NCBI GenBank assembly: GCA_964035575.1
Contig: OZ037838.1
Location: 992,001 to 1,056,000 of the forward strand
Direction: 5' to 3'
Length of the DNA: 64,000 bases
Origin: Rhynchopus sp. YZ270_cl-10
Lineage: Eukaryota
In this document: in pieces, positions 58,687-64,000 of the stretch
Layout of the letters: each line of letters opens with the position of its first letter
Numbering within the stretch: the first letter of the stretch is position 1
Program-made: the position numbers and the translations under genes
The notes under the pieces: model-generated
The model's database searches: none
What the model saw: the letters and a program-made list of their open reading frames with translations, nothing else
What the model was told of the DNA's origin: nothing

Positions 58687-59291
58687 GATGTGCTTCAAAC
58701 ATGCAGATGCTACTTTCTTGTTTCTTCCGTGGGGGTGATTTCTCTCTTTGAGCTATTATTGACTTAGCGTTATTTGTCTTTATTGTTGTTTAAAAAGTCC
58801 CATTTCCTGGTCGCGATAGTTCGCGAACGTTCCTGCAGTCAACGCAGGGAAAGCATAATCAACGATGTGATACAGGATATGGGTGGTTCAGTGATTCCAC
58901 AGAACCGACACCATTGATGTGTCTCAACCAAAACCAAATAATTTAAAAAGAGAGAGTTGAAGTAAGGAAAGAAAATGAAGATGTGCGTGCACGAGAGTCA
59001 TATTCAGCCCCAAGTTTTCTTTGCTTTCTTTTCCATGAGTATAATCCGTTAAACCAAAACACAAACCGGCCTTCGAGCGGTTGTGTGGATACCTTCCCCC
59101 TTCACACCACCGTACGGGCAAGCCATGAGGTTTCTTTTCACATATCCTGTGTGTTTGCCGCAGGGTATCTTCAAATTGCTTACTTTTTCAGAGTTTGTTG
59201 AAACACGTATTCAACCCACCAACCTTCTTATTTGTCGTTGCGAAGTGACCCCACCAACCATCACATCAAACACAACAGACCCCTTAACAAT

Positions 59292-60401
59292 ATGATGGAT
59301 GTGACCTTTGTGCTGGAAGAGTCAGGTGTGACTGCGACAGTGGAGGTGCCGTGCGAGGCGGACGTTGCAGCGGCAAAGGAGGTTGCGTGCACGGCGCTTG
59401 CTGTCTCGCCTGCGTCTGTCGAGATGCGCATCGGCACGCAGGTGCTGGAGGGGACGTGCCGTCTGCAGGACACTGCGTTTGATGCAGGGGTGCAGGTTGT
59501 GCTTGCCCGCCCTCGCTTTGCTGACATCAAGTGTCCTGCTGAGTACAGTCTAGAGGTGCCAACTGGTGGACAGCAAATGAATGTGATTCGTTTATCCCTG
59601 TCTCCTTGTGGAGCACTCTGCCTCTTTACACAGAAGCAAGGCTATATCACCGGCCTCGATACAGACACCTTCAGCACTGCCTTCAAGTTCAAAGTAGACA
59701 TTGATGTGTACGGTGTGCCTGCCATCTCACGGTGCAAGACACGCTGCTACCTGGCGTGCAAGGAAGGCGTACACGAGGTTGCGCTTCCGGGTGGGGAGGT
59801 GGTCCGTAAAGTCGACGGCACCTCATACACAGTGTACGCGCGTGGTGGTGTTGTTGTCTCCTGTGGTGAACAAGGAAGCGTCTCTGTGTATGACGAAGAC
59901 CTGACGTTGCTCCGCACTCTCTCACACGAAGGGTACAGCGAGGCAGTGGTGTCGCACTGTGGTGGGTGGGTGCTCACCTCCTCCAATACTGAGAAGGACG
60001 CACGTGTGTGGGATGTGAACACAGGTGAAGCTGTTGTATGTGTGCCTGCGGATGGGAGGCACGTGGCGCTTTCACGGTCTGCCTCTGTCTTTGCTGCGGT
60101 GTGCTCTAATGAAGTGCAGCTCTATGACTGGAGTGGTGCGGCTCTTGGCAGCTTTGATAAACCGGGGTATCTCTTTGTCTGTTCCATGCAGTTCACTCAG
60201 TGTGGGAAGTACCTGCTACTTGAGTTGGTGCACGCTCAACAATATTTACTGCAACAGTATGATGTGGCGACCATGTCCTGTGTGCGTGAATTTTCAGACT
60301 TCGCTGTGTTTTCATTAAAGATATCGCCGTGTTCACGTGTGATACTATTTGCGAATTCGGCACGTGACACCATTGTGACGAGACATCTGTACCCCTACTG
60401 A
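59292..60401 (+). CDS. Ubl + beta-propeller protein, copy 13 (369 aa)
   Basis: Same architecture; intact ORF. Confidence 0.85.
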   Translation: MMDVTFVLEESGVTATVEVPCEADVAAAKEVACTALAVSPASVEMRIGTQVLEGTCRLQDTAFDAGVQVVLARPRFADIKCPAEYSLEVPTGGQQMNVIRLSLSPCGALCLFTQKQGYITGLDTDTFSTAFKFKVDIDVYGVPAISRCKTRCYLACKEGVHEVALPGGEVVRKVDGTSYTVYARGGVVVSCGEQGSVSVYDEDLTLLRTLSHEGYSEAVVSHCGGWVLTSSNTEKDARVWDVNTGEAVVCVPADGRHVALSRSASVFAAVCSNEVQLYDWSGAALGSFDKPGYLFVCSMQFTQCGKYLLLELVHAQQYLLQQYDVATMSCVREFSDFAVFSLKISPCSRVILFANSARDTIVTRHLYPY

Positions 60402-60910
60402 GTGATGTTTTGCGAGAGGTTGTGTTTGTGCAGCTTCTCGCAGGCAGTCCACCCCAGAAGAACCTATCCCCCCAAAAGAGTCCCCATTTTGGCATAGAAT
60501 TCTCACATACCTTCCCGCGGTGGTTCAAACCCCCCACCACCAAACCTCCATCACCCATTTCTGCCATGCTCGCCGTGGCCAGAATCTAGTAATTATAACG
60601 GATGTTTTGTTTGTTTCTCCCTTTTGTTCGAACACTGTATTTCATCTGCATTCCGTAACCACACACCACTTCGAGTCAGAGACGCCTGCAAGGTGCTTGC
60701 CTGGTCTGTTGGTCGGGAGGGTCAGGGAACAGAGGTGTGTCTGGGTTGCTTTGTTGGCGTCTATCGGAGGCTTCCATATCAATGTGAGCACAGTGTTGCC
60801 TTCCCATTCTTTGAATGTCGTTGACCTGAACACTCGAGTTGCGAAGTCATACAATACATCACATCAAACACAATATTCAATTGCATTCCACCAACACAGC
60901 TCTTGAAACA

Positions 60911-62020
60911 ATGATGGATGTGACCTTTGTGCTGGAAGAGTCAGGCGTGACTGCGACAGTGGAGGTGCCGTGCGAGGCGGACGTTGCAGCGGCAAAGGAG
61001 GTTGCGTGCACGGCGCTTGCTGTCTCGCCTGCGTCTGTCGAGATGCGCATCGGCACGCAGGTGCTGGAGGGGACGTGCCGTCTGCAGGACACTGCGTTTG
61101 ATTCAGGGGTGCAGGTTGTGCTTGCCTGTCCTCGCTTTGCCGACATCAAGTGTCCTGCTGAGTACAGTGCACAGGGGACAGTGTACGACTTGTTGCTGTC
61201 GCGTTGTGGAGCACTCTGCCTCTATAGGAATCGTACGTCTGTTCATGGCTTCCATACAGAAACCTTCGAGACTGCCTTCGCCATTGATGTGCATTGTGCG
61301 TCCAGCGCACCTGCCATCTCACGGTGCAAGACACTCTGCTACGTGCCGTGTAGGTATTACTTTCTCAAGATTGCGCTTCCGGGTGGGGAGGTGCTCCGCA
61401 GAGTCCACGTCGCCTCAGAATCAGTGTTCGCGAGTGGCAATGTTGTTGTCTCCCAAGGGGATGACGGCATCTCTGTGTATGACGAAGACCTGACGTTGCT
61501 CCGCTCTCTCTCGCACGAAGGGTGTAATGGTGTGGCAGTGTCGGACTGTGGTGGGTGGGTGATCACCTCCTCCTACAGTAGCAAGAACGCACGTCTGTGG
61601 GATGTGAACACAGGAGAAGCTGTGGCATGTGTGCCATCGGATGGGTATTCCGCGGCACTTTCACGGTGTGCCTCTGTCTTTGCTGTGGTGGACAATGATC
61701 AGGCACGCAGAGTGCAGCTCTACGACTGGAGTGGTGCGGCTCTTCAAAACGCCACTATCTCTGGATGTTTCTGTGACCTGCAATTCACCCTCTGTGGGAA
61801 GTACCTCGTGGCCTATGTAAAGCGTACTGACGATGGAGCATTACGCGCAGAGTTGCACCAGTATGAGGTGGCGACTATGTCCCGTGTACTTGTGATCCCA
61901 GACGTTTCTGCCACCTATGATGAATCATTTGCGATATCACCATGTTCGCGTGTGGTCGTGTTTGTATCATCCAACAACACCACCATTGCGACAAAATATC
62001 TGTACCCCTACTGCGAGTGA
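60911..62020 (+). CDS. Ubl + beta-propeller protein, copy 14 (369 aa)
   Basis: Same architecture; intact ORF. Confidence 0.85.
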   Translation: MMDVTFVLEESGVTATVEVPCEADVAAAKEVACTALAVSPASVEMRIGTQVLEGTCRLQDTAFDSGVQVVLACPRFADIKCPAEYSAQGTVYDLLLSRCGALCLYRNRTSVHGFHTETFETAFAIDVHCASSAPAISRCKTLCYVPCRYYFLKIALPGGEVLRRVHVASESVFASGNVVVSQGDDGISVYDEDLTLLRSLSHEGCNGVAVSDCGGWVITSSYSSKNARLWDVNTGEAVACVPSDGYSAALSRCASVFAVVDNDQARRVQLYDWSGAALQNATISGCFCDLQFTLCGKYLVAYVKRTDDGALRAELHQYEVATMSRVLVIPDVSATYDESFAISPCSRVVVFVSSNNTTIATKYLYPYCE

Positions 62021-62850
62021 TGTTTATGCTTTGCCACCATGTGAAATGGGTGTGGTGACTTGCCCCCTTGTATTCCGTGGAGGCGGAAGAACTGGTGTCA
62101 ACAGAAGCCTGCGTCTTGCCACCACACACCTATCCCGTGATGGCAGATCTGCATCCACGAGCAAGACACCGCAGACCACCTTGTCGCAGCCGAACACCAC
62201 ATCGCCTCCCGCCAGGCCGCCCTCGTCACCCTCCACACAGAGATGTGCGCCATGGTGAGACCTATTCATATGCTCACTGCTGTTCATTTTTGTTGAACAA
62301 GATAAAACAAAAAGCTTGCGTTTCTTTTATCGAACAGATTTTATTCTCCGCCCCGTACCCAAAACATAAACACCACTGTGAATCAGAAAAAATATTTTCC
62401 CTTTTCTTTTTTCTTCCACACACGCTTGTTTTTGTGCTTCGTTCATTTTTTATTAAAAAAGCTTTTGTTGCTTTCCTTGTGAACTATGCCTGCGGTCTAT
62501 ACGTTGCACCATGCCTCTTGTTTCCCCCCTTTCCCCCCTTGTTTCGAGTGCGAAACGTTTCTCCATGTATTGCACGGGAAACAACATGACAAACAGGTGC
62601 AGGGTGGTTCCGTGCTTACCATAGAACCTGGCACCTTGTGTGTCTCCCAAAAACCAAAAAAGCGTTGTGTGTGAAGTTTTGAAGGAAGGAAAAATATAAC
62701 CTGTACCCCAGAACTTCTACCCCAACCCAAAACAACGACCCCCATCCCTCGTCCCCTCTTTCCACGTGTCCACCCTCTCAGCTCCTTCAACTGTCCACCC
62801 AACAGAACATTAAATTGCATCACACCAACACAGCTCTTGAAATAACGACC

Positions 62851-63987
62851 ATGGATGTGACCTTTGTGCTGGAAGAGTCAGGCGTGACTGCGACAGTGGA
62901 GGTGCCGTGCGAGGCGGACGTTGCAGCGGCAAAGGAGGTTGCGTGCACGGCGCTTGCTGTCTCGCCTGCGTCTGTCGAGATGCGCATCGGCACGCAGGTG
63001 CTGGAGGGGACGTGCCGTCTGCAGGACACTGCGTTTGATGCAGGGGTGCAGGTTGTGCTTGCTCGCCCTCGCTTTGCCGACATCAAGTGTCCTGCTGAGT
63101 ACAGTCTAGAAATGCCAGATTTAAAGTATCAAGCGAATATAGTTCACGTATTGCTGTCTCCTTGTGGAGCACTCTGCCTCTTTACACAGAAGCAAGGCTA
63201 TATCACCGGCCTCGATACAGAAACCTTCAGCCCTGCCTTCAAGTTCAAAGTAGACTTTGAAGTGTACGGTGTGCCTGCCATCTCACGGTGCAAGACACGC
63301 TGCTACCTGCCGTGCAAGGAAGGCGTACACGAGGTTGCGCTTCCGGGTGGGGAGGTGCTCCGCAAAGTTGACGGACCCTCCTCCGCAGTGTTTGCGTGTG
63401 GCGGTGTTGTTATCTCGTTTGAAGGCGACATTGGCGTCTCTGTGTATGACGAAGACCTGACATTGCTCCGCTCTCTCTCGCACAAAGGCTGTGAGGGAGC
63501 GGCAGTGTCGGACTGTGGTGGATGGGTGATCACCTCCTCCGATTCCGAGTCCGACAACGATGGCACCGCTCGTCTGTGGGATGTGAACACAGGTGAAGCT
63601 GTGGCATGTGTGCCTGCGGAGGGGTTATGCCAAGTGGCTCTTTCACGGTCTGCCTCTGTCTTTGCTGTGGAGGGGGAGGAAAACACCGTGCAGCTCTATG
63701 ATTGGAGTGGTGCGGCTCTTCGCAGCGTTGATGTGGGTGGGGATATTGAGAGCATGCAGTTCTCCCCGTGTGGGAAGTACCTTGTGGTCAATATCTCGAA
63801 CATGATGTCTGATTTTTGTTGGGACTTCGACCTTCACCAGTATGATGTGGCGACCATGTCCTGTGTGCGTGTGATTAAGAATGCAAGCAGTTCATCGTTT
63901 GCGATATCCCCATGTTCACGTGTGGTTGTGTTTGGCGAAGGCTCCTCCATTTTCACCAGACATCTGTACCCACACAACAGTGAGTGA
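62851..63987 (+). CDS. Ubl + beta-propeller protein, copy 15 (378 aa)
   Basis: Same architecture; the array probably continues beyond the window. Confidence 0.85.
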   Translation: MDVTFVLEESGVTATVEVPCEADVAAAKEVACTALAVSPASVEMRIGTQVLEGTCRLQDTAFDAGVQVVLARPRFADIKCPAEYSLEMPDLKYQANIVHVLLSPCGALCLFTQKQGYITGLDTETFSPAFKFKVDFEVYGVPAISRCKTRCYLPCKEGVHEVALPGGEVLRKVDGPSSAVFACGGVVISFEGDIGVSVYDEDLTLLRSLSHKGCEGAAVSDCGGWVITSSDSESDNDGTARLWDVNTGEAVACVPAEGLCQVALSRSASVFAVEGEENTVQLYDWSGAALRSVDVGGDIESMQFSPCGKYLVVNISNMMSDFCWDFDLHQYDVATMSCVRVIKNASSSSFAISPCSRVVVFGEGSSIFTRHLYPHNSE

Positions 63988-64000
63988 TGTTTCGCGAGGG

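Noticed and set aside
981..63987. Diversity-generating retroelement as the source of loop variation
   Set aside because: There is no reverse transcriptase or template repeat in the window. Variation includes in-frame indels and all base types rather than adenine-specific changes.

Overview
Eukaryotic (protist) genomic DNA. Every credible gene is on the + strand and cis-introns are GT-AG with a GTATG donor, which suggests a euglenozoan such as a diplonemid (inference). The dominant feature is an intronless multigene family in two tandem arrays: 7 copies at 0.98-13.2 kb and 8 copies at 47.9-64 kb, plus one distant paralogue at 44.5 kb. Each copy encodes a ~72-aa ubiquitin-like (Ubl) domain, almost identical between copies at the nucleotide level, fused to a 7-bladed WD40/YVTN-type beta-propeller. 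The propeller alternates conserved framework with hypervariable loops predicted to lie on the ligand-binding top face, and the copies are patchworks of one another. This looks like a diversifying cytosolic recognition-receptor repertoire with a constant Ubl effector module. Between the arrays lie single-copy genes: an EF-hand/WD40 protein, TatD DNase, an MFS transporter, enoyl-CoA hydratase, a coiled-coil+PH protein and two hypotheticals. The same interval holds hAT-type MITEs with 8-bp TSDs, a nested inverted-repeat/GGTACC-palindrome/8-mer satellite region, and several short co-oriented dispersed elements, including a GA-quartet hairpin and a degenerate hammerhead-like motif. Domain calls come from motif reading by eye, not database searches.
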